Assembly: GCF_018977255.1 (NCBI RefSeq)
Contig: NW_024704742.1
Location: forward strand, 35,032,001 to 35,096,000
DNA length: 64,000 nucleotides
From: Callorhinchus milii
Taxonomy: Eukaryota
Direction: 5' to 3'
The notes beneath the pieces are model-generated. The model worked only from the letters and a program-made list of their open reading frames with translations, ran no database searches and was not told the origin of the DNA. The position numbers and the translations under genes were made by a program. Shown piece by piece: positions 51,560 through 63,669 of this stretch (its first letter is position 1; every line of letters starts with the position of its first letter).

Positions 51560-51890
51560 CAGCTCAGCCAGCCTCATTGATAGAACCTGGAAAGGCAGCC
51601 CAGTCACTGGGCTCGGGACTCTTCCCACTCAGCTCCTGTTACCCTGCAAGCCAAAGTTCTAAAGGGTAGGGTGGTCCTAGCTGGACAAGCTTGTCAGGCA
51701 GTGCTTTTAATGGGAAGCTATGCAGTTTAGCTGGTAAGAACTCCAGCAGGACCTCAATGACCACTGTGGGGTCCCCAAGCCTTGGCTCTTGCCAATTTAT
51801 ACCTAATAATCTCCAGAAATAGGTAAGCAAGATATGTTCTTCAGGGACAGAATGCACATTATATTTCAAAGTATAGGTGGGATGCATGGG
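51560..51890. repeat. Unclassified interspersed repeat (copy at about 58550-58912, remote copy at about 29440-29630)
   Basis: Shared CCCACTCAGCTCCTGTTA, GGGTAGGGTGGTCC, GGGGTCCCCAAGCCTTGGCTCTTGCCAAT, TAGGTGGGATGCATG. Confidence 0.7.
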
Positions 51891-52048
51891 GCTCTGCTTG
51901 GTTTCGATAATCTTAAGCATGGTGATGGTTTTCCACTTGTATCAGACATCCAGCTGATCAAAAAAATCTCCATTGCAGACACTTGCAATTCAGTACTAGA
52001 AAAATGTTATTGTTTTATTTGAACTGTCAAATACATTCTGGATATTTT

Positions 52049-52391
52049 AATAATAATAATCCTTGCATTTGATATAGAGCCTTTATCACATTTTTGAGTT
52101 GTCTCAAAGTGCTTCACAGAATATACTGTAAAGAATTATTTTGTGGGTGAAACGCAGCAGCCAATTGCGCACAGCAGTTTCCCACAAACAGTCATGGAAT
52201 GAGTGACCAATTTATTATTTTTTTTGGAAGGAATTATTACCCCCGGAAAAACGATCCGCCATTCTACTAACAGCCAGGGTCCCACTTACTACTAGGTGAG
52301 GAAACTTGCCCAACGTTTCACCCTACCAGGAATCAAATCCAGGTCTCTCGCTTGCAAGGGGAGTGCTCTAACCACTGAGCCACAGGACTCC
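52049..52391 (-). mobile_element. tRNA-derived SINE (same family as 36251), near full length
   Basis: (TAA)n tail through to ...CCACTGAGCCACAGGACTCC head. Confidence 0.82.
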
Positions 52392-53824
52392 AAAACAAAA
52401 TCTTGATAGGATCCTCAACGAAGATTAATTGGCAAGTGAAACATATTGAATATTCAAGTGGAAATGCTCCTAGCTTTCCTAATGTCCAATCCCCATTTTA
52501 GGAATTGTGCCAATCCTTTTGTCGCCTTTTTCAGGTACACAATACAATGAGGCCTCACAAACTAATACGCTACTGTATCTGCCTACCCCAGACCATGGGG
52601 CATTGAGATATAATAGACAGATGGTGGATCACAGTCACCGCTAATTGGCTATTTGTAACAATTAGAGCTCAATTAGATAGATACCTGATGCTCTGTGTAT
52701 TTAGTTGTTTCTCTTTGTGAAATTCAGTACCTCAATTGTAAATTGGTGGATTTTATAGTTGAATAAACGGTTAAAGTGTATTCATTGTTAATAAATCTTG
52801 CCGATATTGGGGTCTATTGTGCAAATTATGTAAACCATGTGTAAATGCATGACTGCAGAGAGAATAAAATGTGCTCTTAATTAAGTATTTAACATGCAAT
52901 AAAAGGATCATAGGTGAATGTGAAATCCTTTGCATTGGTTGTTAATTTACTGAATTGAAGACACTTGTAATTCCCTCTGTTAAATGCCCATTCATTAGGT
53001 GCTATATCAAATGCAAGGATTATTACGATTATAAAAACAACAGTAGGCTTGAATGTAGACTATTTTTTAGGCTACAGTGCTAAAGACACTTACAATTTTC
53101 AAAACTTAAACACAGCCATTTTAATGTTTTTAAATAGTTTTCCATTTATAACTATAAATCAGACTTGTATAAATCAACCACAATATCGGATGTTCTTGAC
53201 TAATTTAGTCTGTCTTTTTCCCTGATCAGCGCAGTTTCTTTTCATGATATAATAACCCTCCTTCACTTAGCCTCTTTTAAATTTAAAAGCTAATTAAACT
53301 GTACTGTCTGGCTTTTTAAAAATAAATGTTCACTTATTTCCAACTACAAACATTCAGCGCATTCAAGACCCAGAGTATATTATTATTAACCAATAAGTTC
53401 AGTTTCATTCCTGCAGAGCCTTCTAATTACTTGTGATACTTTAAGCCTTATTGATGTACTATCTTATGAATTTATCTTGAATGAATGCAATCAGGGTGTC
53501 TTACTGACATTGCTCCATTCTTCAACAAGTCACAAACATTTTAGCATTACATTGTGTAAATGCATTGATAAGATAGTTATTTGACGTTTGCCATAACATC
53601 ACTTTTGTCCAGAAAATAGCCAGTAGAGAGCTCAGAAGAACTGCAGGATACAGGAACACTTCAGATGACAGACTATAAAACTTAGCATCCTAAACCTTCT
53701 AGTTATATGTAATTTCCCACAATGGTAAGCTATTGTTACTATCAAGGGGAAATGCTGACTTTTGTAGGTGAATGAGGCAGCCAATTTGTCCACAGCAATT
53801 TGCCACAGACAGCCATGAAGTGTT

Positions 53825-56148
53825 TAACTGGGGATCCTACCTTCCCTCTCCTTCTGCTCTAAACGCCTCTAATCTTAGGTGACTTCAACATCCACTTCAT
53901 CCCCTCCTGCTCTACTCTGCTCTACCTCTGCCAACTTCTCCCTCCTCTCTTCCCTTAACCTCTCCCTCCTCATCCATTTCCCCACTCTTGACCATGGCCA
54001 CTCCCTTAACCTGGTGATCACCCGGGGCCTCACCGTCTCGGACATCATCATCATCGATAAAGCCATCTCAGATCACCACTTCATCTCCCTCAACACCTCC
54101 GTACCCCTTCCCATTTCTCAACCCTCCACGATCACTTACCGTCCATGGAAAAAAAATTCCTCCCCCTCCACTGCCCTGGAGTCATTTGAACTCCTACACC
54201 TCTGGCCCTCACTGACCGATCTCCCCTCCTCACTCTCTTTTCTCCACAACTCCTTCTCCTCCATTCTGGACTCCCTTGCCCCCCTCACCTCCCGAACTGC
54301 CTCATACTCCCATAAATCCCCCTAGTACACCAGCCATCTCCATTCCTTCAAGGCACAAGTGTGAGCTATCAAACTCACGTGGACCAAATCCAAACTAATG
54401 GTTCATCAGTAGATCTGGCTTCACCACACCAAGACCTACTGCTGCCCTCTTGCCTCCGCCAAATCCTCCTTCTACTCCAAGGTTATCTTGGAGGCAAAGG
54501 ACAACCCCAGGTTTCTCTTTTCCACCACAAACCGTTTCCTCCGTCCACCTTCCCATACCTTGCCCATCCTCTCCTCAATCGCCAACTGTGAGGAGATGCT
54601 GGACTTCCTCGAATCTAAAATCGAGGGGATACGTTCAGCCAACTCTGCCCTGTCCCCAGACACCCACGTCACCTCTCCCGCATGACCCACCCATCCTCCC
54701 CACACTCCTTCGACCCTATCTCTCCAAGGTCCTGGAACAAGTCATCATGTCCCAGCTCCACTCCTTTCTTTCTCGCCATTCCCTCTTTGAACCCCTCCAA
54801 TCCGACTTCCACGCTGCCCACAGCACGGAAACAGCCCTGGTCAAAGTCACTAATGACATTCTGAACATCTGTGATCAGGACTCCCTCTGCCTCCTTGTCC
54901 TTCTCGACCTCTCTGCCGCCTTCGACACTGTCGACCACGCCATCCTCATACACTACCTCTCCGCTTTACTAAATCTTCACAAACATGCCCTTGCCTGGTT
55001 CGATTACTATCCCTATCACCGTCTCCACTGTGTTGCCTCCAATGGTTTCTCCTCCAGCCCCCACACTGTCACATCTGGCGTCCCCCAGGGCTCTGTCCTT
55101 GGCCCTCTCCTCTTTAATATCTACATGCTCCCCCTTGGTGACATCATCCGCAGACATGGGGTCAACTTCCATATGTATGCGGATGACACCCAACTCTATC
55201 TTTCTGCTTCCACCGTCAACTCCAGGACCACTGCTGTCCTGACAGACTGTCTGTCGGACATCAAGACCTGGATGAGGGCAAGTTTCTTACAGTTGAATGT
55301 GAACAAGACTGAGGCCCTCCTGATTGGCTCGCGCCAGCGCCTCAGCACCTCAGGCTCTGGCAGCATCAACCTCCATGGTTGCACACTTCAACTCACCATA
55401 TGCAGTCAGGAACCTGGTGTCTTGTTCGACACTCAACTTTCTTTTCTTCCCCACATCCAAGCCTTGACCCACTCTGCCTTCCCTCACCTCCGTAACATTG
55501 CCCGATTCCGCCACTACCTCACCCCTCAGGCCCCTGAAACTCTTGTTTCGTCCTTCATCACCTCCAGACTCAACTATGCAAATGCTCTGCTTGTTGGCCT
55601 TCCCAACTCCTCCCTCCACAGGCTGCAGATAATCCAGAACTCTGGAGCCCGTGTCCTCTCCCGGACCAAACTCCGTGACCCCATCTCCCCCATTCTCGCC
55701 TGACTCCATTGGCTCCCTATCCTTCAGAGGATCCAGTTCAAGATCCTGGTCCTCACCTACAAAGCCCTCCATGGCCTCGCCCCGCCCTACCTCTGCGACC
55801 TCCTAACCCCCTACCAACCTGCCCGCTCCCTCCACTCAGCCGGCTCTGACCTGCTCAACATCCCCCGACCCACCCGCCCCACTATTGGCGGGAGAGCCTT
55901 CAGCCACTCTGCCCCCAACCTCTGGAATTCCATCCCCCAATCACTCCGTCTCGCCCCCTCTTTAGCCTCCTTCAAGTCTTGCCTCAAGACCCTCCTCTTC
56001 GACCATGCCATCGGCCACCCCCCTTCCCCTCCCCTCCCTTCTCCTCCCCTGACCCTAGCTCAGGTCTGAAATGCTGTACACTGTCCAGCGCTTTGGGACG
56101 TCCTCCCAACATGAAAGGTGCTATAGAAATGTAATTTTGTTACTGTTA
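53825..56148 (+). mobile_element. L2-clade LINE, 5'-truncated and deleted ORF2 (endonuclease C-end, RT with GVPQGSVLGP and YADD) plus 3' tail
   Basis: ORFs 53879-54325 and 54450-55703; L2-type HWLP...FKILVL; tail AGCGCTTTGGGACGTCC...AGGTGCTATAGAAATG. Confidence 0.93.
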
Positions 56149-56201
56149 ACAGCAGACTGGTAGAAACTCCCTTCTGCTTTCATATTGTGCTATGGGATCT
56201 T

Positions 56202-56568
56202 AATAATAATCCTTGCCTTTGATATAGCACCTTATCACATCTTCGAGATGTCTCAAAGCGCTTTACAAAATATACTGATAAGTAAATTGACTATATTTTG
56301 TGGGTGAAACACAGCAGCCAATTGCACACAGCATTGCCCACAAACAGTCGTGAATGAGTGACCAATTTACTCTTATTTTTTTTGAAGGAATCATTAACCT
56401 TGGAAAAGCGATCCACCAATCGATTAACAACTGGGTTCCTACTTACTGCTAGGTAAACAGAGGCACGTGGAGTAAGGAAACTTGCCCAACATTTCGCTCT
56501 GCCTGGGAATCAAACCCAGGTCTTTCGCTTGCAAGGTGAGTGCTCCAACCACTACGGTACAGGACTCC
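56202..56568 (-). mobile_element. tRNA-derived SINE (same family), near full length
   Basis: Collinear with the 52049 copy. Confidence 0.82.
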
Positions 56569-57184
56569 ACAACCATCTGCTCAAAGTAATGAAATTTGAT
56601 TCTGTATTAAACAAACAAAATACTTTCACATTCTACTGTAAATAGATTAATAAGTGGCTCAGAGCGCGTCATAAAACAAATTAAGTGGTTCAGATGATAT
56701 AAACAGATGATGAAAGATGCAGTGTAGGTTTATTTATTATTATTTAAAACAAAATAAAATTTAATTTGGGACTGGTCAGATGAACTGCCACTGTCTTTTC
56801 CTATTCAATAATTTCCTGTGCTCCTATGAAAGCAGTTTATAAAAATCAACTCCAGAAGCTCCACATAGTCAATTCATTAATTGAAATAAATATTATGCTG
56901 TTCTATTTGGACAGGTTTATAAATTTCTCCCTTGTTTTTGGAAACCACTGGTGGAATATGCTGTTCCCAGTACAGTACAATATATATTTAACATTCATGG
57001 CAATTCAATGAATGTGCACATTCTTCAAGGAAGAAATGTAGCATATTTGTGGATTGGACTGGTGAGATTGTAAGTTGATTCAGTCAATGATAACACAAAT
57101 AAAAAGCCACACATATATACATCAGTAAAGGACAGAGCAAAATATAGTATGAATTAAGAGGTGCATAGATAGGATAACAGAAAA

Positions 57185-57620
57185 CAGAAGTGTCTTGAAA
57201 TAGGGGAGGGAGGGAACGAGTCAGAAGGGACTCTGGGACAAATTTCCAGAATGTGGGGGCAAAATGGCTGAAAGCACACCTGCCTGACTGCCAATGGTGA
57301 GGTGGATGGGGCAAGGGACATGAAACAAAGTTGAGCAGCCAGGTCAATAGGGAGATCGCAGAGTTAGGATGGGGTGAGACCCGTGGAAGGATATCTCAGT
57401 GCGAACAAGGATCTTGACCTTGATCTCCTGGAGGAATGGGGAATCATTGAAGCTGATCGAGGATGGGGGTAAGAGGCTCATGGAGCCTGGTGTGGGAGAG
57501 GACACAGGCTGCATGCAGAGATCTGAATAGAAGGCAGCTTGTGCAGACTGGAGCTGTGGAGTCCGGTGAACAGAGCATTAGTGTAGTCAAGCCTGGACAT
57601 GATGAAAGCATGGATGAAGA
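57185..57620 (-). mobile_element. L2 LINE fragment (diverged)
   Basis: IHAFIMSRLDYTNAL on the minus strand. Confidence 0.8.
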
Positions 57621-57957
57621 TCTTGACCGAAATTCTCATGTAAAAGTATGTTGTTGATTTAACTTTGCATATACACAAACAACAAAATACTAGATCTTCA
57701 GTTTCATGATTTCCTTCTTACTATATACATTTCTAGTCATGCATACATAGAAAAATATGCAGGATATCCATCAAATAACATGAACATTTTTGAATATTTA
57801 TCTGAAAATTCTCAACAAAACAAAAACAACATGTACTTTTATAGCAACTTTCAGATAAAAATAAATATCTCAAAGTGCTTTGAAATATATAAAAATGAAT
57901 TGATTTCTTATATAGGCAAATATGACAGGTATTCTGCACCAGCAACAGTAATAGGTA

Positions 57958-58340
57958 TCAGGCTGGTTCAGTTAGTAGCACTCTCGCCTCTGAATCAGAA
58001 GATTGTGGATTTAAGTCTCAAGTCAGGTCGATGAACTCATAGTCTAGGCTGACACACCAAGGCAGTGTTGGAGGAGCGCTATATTGTCGGAAGTCCCATC
58101 TGCCTCTTCAGGAGGATGTGAAAGGTCCATGGCACTACTCCGAAAGAGAAAGGAGTTCCTCCCTATGTCCTGGCCAACAATCCCCCAGATAAAACAAGCC
58201 ATTCACTTGATAATTTGTAGGATGGGTCTGCTTTCAGATTGGCTGTTGAGTTTGCCGACAAATACATAGTCACTACACTTCATAGTAAAATCCTATAAAG
58301 TGCTTGCATTTGGTATAACTCCTTATCACATCATCTTGAC
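57958..58340 (+). mobile_element. Deu-like SINE
   Basis: GGTTCAGTTAGTAGCACTCTCGCCTCTGAATCAGAAG head plus core. Confidence 0.72.
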
Positions 58341-61300
58341 AATTGTTTATGTAGTAATCTATCCTCCTGGGGGTGGGGGGTGTGGGGGGTGTGGGGGTAA
58401 GTGGGGTTTCTCTGGAGCTGAACTGGCTCCAAGGTGACATGCCTGGTAAAAAGAATGTCAGAATAGAGCCAGTCCACTGTGGCAGCCTCGGTAGTCCAGT
58501 TCTTGAGCCAGGCAGGTCTGGAGTATTCCCGATCACTGCTAGTGACAGCACAGTCAGCTTGGCTCATCGGCAGTACCTGGAAGGACAGACCAGTTACCGG
58601 GGCAGAGAGTCATCCCACTCAGCTCCTGTTAACTCTACAAGCCAAAGCCCTAATGGGTAGGGTGGTCCAAGCCGGACAAGCAGCGGGAAAGTTTGCCAGA
58701 CAGCAATATCAATGGCAGCTATGCAGGTTTAGATAATGAGACTCCAGCAGTAACCCAATTGTACACTCTGGGGTCCCCAAGCCTTGGCTCTTGCCAATCT
58801 GCGCCTAATACTTTCCAGAATTAGGTAAACAGGATGGGTCCCTGCAGGAAGAGAGGGCACATTCCATTCCAACAATCTATCTCTGGGATTTCCATGTGTA
58901 GGTGGGATGCATGAAAATCAGCATATAAATAATACAATTGTATATGTAGTAATAATATACTGTAAGATGCTGATATAGAAGTAAAAACTGGAAATATTCA
59001 TAAACTGGAAATACTGTAACAGTAAGACAGAAGAAACAGGACAAAATAGATAAGTTAAATATTTTAAATAGCCTTTGCATTAGATGAGGCGTCTTTCATG
59101 GCGGGAGGACATTTCGAAGCACTGAACAAGATATAAACTGAAGCATAGTGACTTTGTGTAGTGTTTTATGAATGTCTTTTATAACACATATGAATAATAA
59201 TAATAATCCTTGCATTTGATATAGCGCTTTTCATGTCTTCTAGACATCGCAAAGCGCTTCACAGAATATGCTGTAAAGTGAATTGACTGTATATTTGTGG
59301 GTGAAATGCTAACGCAACAGATGATGTAACTCACCGCTCTCGGTTTCCAGTAAGTCTTTAAACAGCTTGTCAAAGCTGTTGCAAGATCAAAAAGGACAGA
59401 TTATAATGAAAATTATTAACTTGTATTGCTCTCCCTACCTTGGTATCAAATAAATCTTTGACCAAGATTCTAGACTATTGTCACCATATACAACATACAG
59501 TGTAATATCTAAGTGCTGAATGGACTTTAGTCTAAGTTTAGAATTAATTTTATGATAGGCAAAATGGCACTAAATAAAGCAAACTTTAATAAACCACAAC
59601 AATGTGTTTGCCCTGTATGATTTTGTGCAGTCTCCAGACTTGGAGCCTGTGGGAAAGATGCCCTCTCTTTGCTGTGGCTATGAAATCAAGCTGTAATTCT
59701 AGATAAGCCCAGCAATTGAGTAACTCCTCACACAAAACCACAAAAGGTTGGTTGTAATGTTTCATTTGCATCATATCCGTCGAAATTTGTATAAAAAGTG
59801 AGGGCTCAAAGGCAACTGGACTATTCGGTTGCAAAGCGGGTTTGCAGAGTGAGGATCCCACTCAAGTTCAAGGTAAATAAATACAAAAGTTCCTATTTCT
59901 ACAATTTAGAAGGTACTGACCTTAATATTTGTGTATGTGCCTGCTAATAATTAATTGCCCCATCTCCAGCTGTTGAAGTGAGTTCTGTTTTTTCCCCACA
60001 AACTGAGGGGCAATTGGAAGTGAGTTTGTAAACTGTTTGCAGAGAGTGAAATCCTTCCTTTTACCCCCAAATCAACTTTAACAGGAGGGAGAGAGACCAA
60101 AGAGTAGTCTTGAGAGTGTTATTGTAGTTTGCCTTTAAATGTTTTGAAATTTTGTTTTTAAAAAAGTGAATTGGGAACTAGCTAAGTTATTTTAAAAAAA
60201 GTATTCATGTAACAATAATGAGTACATTTTATCTGTGTGAAATGGTTGCAATGTTTTATAGGTGGTTTGAAGTGTCTAATTGTCATAGTTTAAATGTGTT
60301 CCATGTGTGTCCTGAAGTTCTGAGGATATAATGCTATGGTTTTCATGTGTCAAACCAGTGTGTAACTGTAACATGCTGTAATATTGCAGTGGACACTCTT
60401 AGAGGATGTGTGTATTATGATATGAATTGAAAAGCTATGTGAAGGTGACGTGTGAATGTACTATTCGTTTTAAAACCCAGTGTGTATACTGAGATTGTTT
60501 GGTGACAACGAAAGCCTAAGTTAATGTCATTTTAGTGTAAGTTTTAATAAAAATTAAAGTGGCAAGGAGAGTGCTTCCTCCTGTCAATCATTAAAGCTGT
60601 TAAGAATTAAAATCGGGCATTTAAGTAGCCTGGTGCTATATGTGAAGAGGGGATGGAGAGTTGCAAATTTCTTACATGGAGTGTTGTACTGATTGAGGTT
60701 TGCTTATTTAAAGGATGTAAATCTCAAAAGGCAGTGGGAAACACTTAATGGGCACATAATAAACAAGTCAGCAAGCTTGTTAGTTCATAAGAACAAACAA
60801 ATTGTGCCCAGACAGAAGGAAAACTGCAGAAATGGCCAGCAAACAAATATCCAAGGTTTTACAAGCAAGGTTTATTTTGTTGCTGCTATTATATTTACTT
60901 TTGTTTTGGTAGCATTTTTGTTTTGTTCAATCTATAATTGATTAAAATGTAATATTACGAGACTCAGGGATGGGCATTTAAACTGTAAGTTCTGGAAAGA
61001 GGCTGAGGATGGATAGAGAAAGCTTTTGTCAATTAGCATCTTAATTAGACTATAAATGTCACTGAGCTAATTTTGTAGAGTCCAACTTTATTATGTATTG
61101 CTACAATGCAAAGGTAGATGTGAATTTCTGAAGTGCTGCTAAATTTAGAAAGTTCCCTAGCCAATAGCTCTTTCCCCAGTCCCAACAATTTCAGATTTTC
61201 TAGTTCCCAAAGAAAATATGCTGAAGATCCTGCAGCTGTGAAGGTTATGATGAACAAACTAAATTTATTCATAAGGGTGGATTTTCCCTGCACTTTATCT

Positions 61301-61640
61301 ATCTCACATCTAACAATGTGACTGGGTGAAATTTTCCTGAGTTAAATTTCAAGTGATCTTCGGGTTGGGTTGTGGTTGATTATATTGTTTTATCTTTGTC
61401 TGCAATTTACTCCATCGTGTATACAAATTGCAGTGTAGAAAAGTGCCGGGTGCTCTAATGTTAAGCCTCTGAATAGTATTTTAGTCTAAATAAGAGTTTG
61501 ATCTTGGAATGCAAAATCTTAGTACAGTATGGGCTAAAACAGAGTCTCCCTGAGAATGAAGGGGTGGGGTGGGTGGGTGGATGAGGGGGATGATCACTTG
61601 CTGAAGCAATGGGTTTAAATCTCTTTATTCAAATTGGACA

Positions 61641-61831
61641 TGTTAGAAACATTTGCAACTATCTCCAACAACTTTGGAATGATCCGATTCCAGTATACCA
61701 ATTGGTTGAGTTAAGTCACTTTATTCAGGTCAAAACAGCAGTATTGGCCTGAATATGGGCCATCATGATCTTAAGCCAGTTCTCGGTTACCGTTCCCTGT
61801 AATTTAGCATTCCCTTCTCCACTTCCTAACA
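61641..61831 (-). repeat. 3' LTR (internally deleted) with termini TGTTAG...CTAACA
   Basis: Inverted termini TGTTAGAA (61641) and TTCCTAACA (ends 61831); minus-strand AATAAA; matches 63675-63771. Confidence 0.75.
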
Positions 61832-62168
61832 CTGGCTCCGGTCTGCTCCACGTCCCCCGCCCCAATCGTCCTACCATCGGTGGTCGGGCTTTCAGCCTCT
61901 CAGCCCCTAGGCTCTGGAACTCCATCCCCCAGTGCCTTCGCCGCCTCCTCCCTTTCCTCCTTCAAGGCCGGTCTCAAAACCTTTCTCTTTGACCGAGCCT
62001 TCAGCTCCCCTATCGACTCTCTTCCCCCTCCTCGCTCCCTCCCTTCCCTCCCCTCACCCTGACCATTTCCCCCCTGCTCGGGTCATGACCCAACTGTGCA
62101 GCACCTTGGGACGTCCTCCTGACGTGAAAGGCGCTTTATAAATGGAATCTTGTTGTTGTTGTTGTTGT
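61832..62168 (+). mobile_element. L2 LINE 3' fragment inside the LTR element
   Basis: IGGRAFSLSAPRLWNSIP; (TTG)n tail. Confidence 0.88.
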
Positions 62169-62169
62169 T

Positions 62170-62670
62170 CTTTAGTGGTTACCAGCATATGTCCAGGTAA
62201 CTTCATCAGCCTTCCTGCCATTGCCTAATAAGGTGTTATTCCTGCAGTAGAGTGAGGGGTAGGTCTAATAGCCATTAAGCACATGGGTGTAGCCACAGGC
62301 CAGTGTTTGGAGTGATCTGCACAAAATTTCTTTAACATCGTTTTGAGCGTTCAGTTCCCTCTTTCAACTATCCCAGATGACTGAGGGTGGAAATGAGATA
62401 TTCAATTTATGTTTTATTTCCATTAATTTCATTAAATCAGTAAAAACTTCCCCTGTGAAATGGGACCCCTGATCATTGTCCAAGGTTACAGGTATTCCCC
62501 ACCTGCAGATCACCTCACAAAACAAAATACGAGCCGCAGTTAAAGCTGAACAATTCTTAACCAGAAAGGCCTCCATCCACTTAGTAAATTTATCAATGAT
62601 GACTAACCCATACTTATATCCACCTTGAGCCGTGGTAAGTGGCTCAACAAAGTCAATCTGAATACTGGTT
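62170..62670 (-). pseudogene. pol: pol fragment: DDE integrase core
   Basis: IQIDFVEPL...GYKYGLVIIDKFTKWMEAF...RWGIPVTLDNDQGSHFTG, frameshift, then HPQSSGIVERGN*TLK...ITPY. Confidence 0.92.
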
Positions 62671-62718
62671 CACCATCACACAACAGCATCTGTGGAATCA
62701 AGGTGGTGAGTCCGGAGA

Positions 62719-62870
62719 TACAACAACAACAACAACTTGGATTTATTTAGCACCTTCCACACTGGACGGGGTCTCAGAGCGCTTCACAATAACGGATCCC
62801 GGGGCCAAGCCAGGGGGAGGGGGAGGAAGGTGACCAAAGGCGCGGTCGAAAAGAAAGGTCTTCAGCCAAG
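62719..62870 (-). mobile_element. L2 LINE 3' tail between the tether and integrase fragments
   Basis: Close to 13871-14015. Confidence 0.85.
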
Positions 62871-63650
62871 ATAATCTCAATGTCCCTCCCTGTCAAGCAC
62901 AGGATCCAATTGCTGAGTCTTTGAGATGACACCATTGTATCCCCTGGTTTCAGTAACAAATTTAAAGGTGTATGGGGCGAATGTAAGATGAGCTTCTGCA
63001 GTCCAGTGATGTAAGTGAAATGTTTTACAGCCCATAGGTGACCAACAAATGTCTCTCACATGGGTCGTATTGTTGTTCCACTCCCGTCAAAATGCGTGAA
63101 GCATAGGCAATGGAACAGTACCGACCTCCAACATGTTGGGTTAGCACAGCAGCAAGACTGTCATTTGTCCCAGCCACCTCCAGGTGGGAGGGTTACGATA
63201 GGGACGGTGCAACCAGTGTAGTAGCTTGCATCACTGCTTGTTTAAGAGAGGTGACTGCTTCACTATGTTTGACATTCCACCTGACACCAAAGGGTTGGTC
63301 ATCAGGTCCTTTTAGCAATTCATAAAGTGGTTTTCCATACTCCGAAAATTGGGGAAAGAAACTTCGCTGATACCCTACCAAACCCAAAAATGATCTTAAA
63401 GCAGTTTTGGTTCGGGATAATGGCAGTCGTTTAATTATTTCCACTTTGTGTTCATCTGGTTTCATGCCCGTGGGTGTCAACTGTAATCCCAAAAAGGTTA
63501 CCTGTTTCTGCATCAATTGGACCTTTAATCCTGCTACATGTAGTTTAGCCAATATTTGTTCCAGGAGGTGTTTATGTTGTTCTTCTGTAGTGGTGGCAAT
63601 CAAAATATCATCCACATATTGTAACACTGTCCCTGACTCATCCCGAGTGC
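62871..63650 (-). pseudogene. pol: pol fragment: RT C-half (LQYVDDILIA...FLGLVGY) plus degenerate RNase H/tether
   Basis: ORF 63193-63627. After a stop it continues as HLEVAGTNDSLAAVLTQ...IAYASRIL...CERHLL, then frameshifts to WAVKHFTYITG...SSQRLSNWIL. Confidence 0.9.
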
Positions 63651-63653
63651 ATC

Positions 63654-63665
63654 CCGACTACGCCA
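63654..63665 (-). promoter_or_regulatory. Primer-binding site complementary to the 3' end of tRNA-Ser
   Basis: Minus strand TGGCGTAGTCGG is the complement of CCGACTACGCCA, the recalled 3' end of vertebrate tRNA-Ser(AGA/TGA). Confidence 0.8.
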
Positions 63666-63669
63666 ATTT

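Larger units (their letters stand above)
49840..52903 (+). other. FRAS1: Probable FRAS1 3' UTR (3' end uncertain)
   Basis: AT-rich sequence after the stop. AATAAA at 51008 and a cluster at 52762, 52790, 52863 and 52898. Confidence 0.45.

Noticed and set aside
54450..55703. 417-aa ORF as a host gene or active reverse transcriptase
   Set aside because: It is a 5'-truncated L2 ORF2 with an internal deletion, frameshifts and stops; an ordinary dead LINE.
59785..59885. TATA-like motif followed by a donor-like AAG|GTAAAT as the first exon of a downstream gene
   Set aside because: No recognisable coding exon follows, and such motifs are common in AT-rich DNA; unsupported without transcript data.
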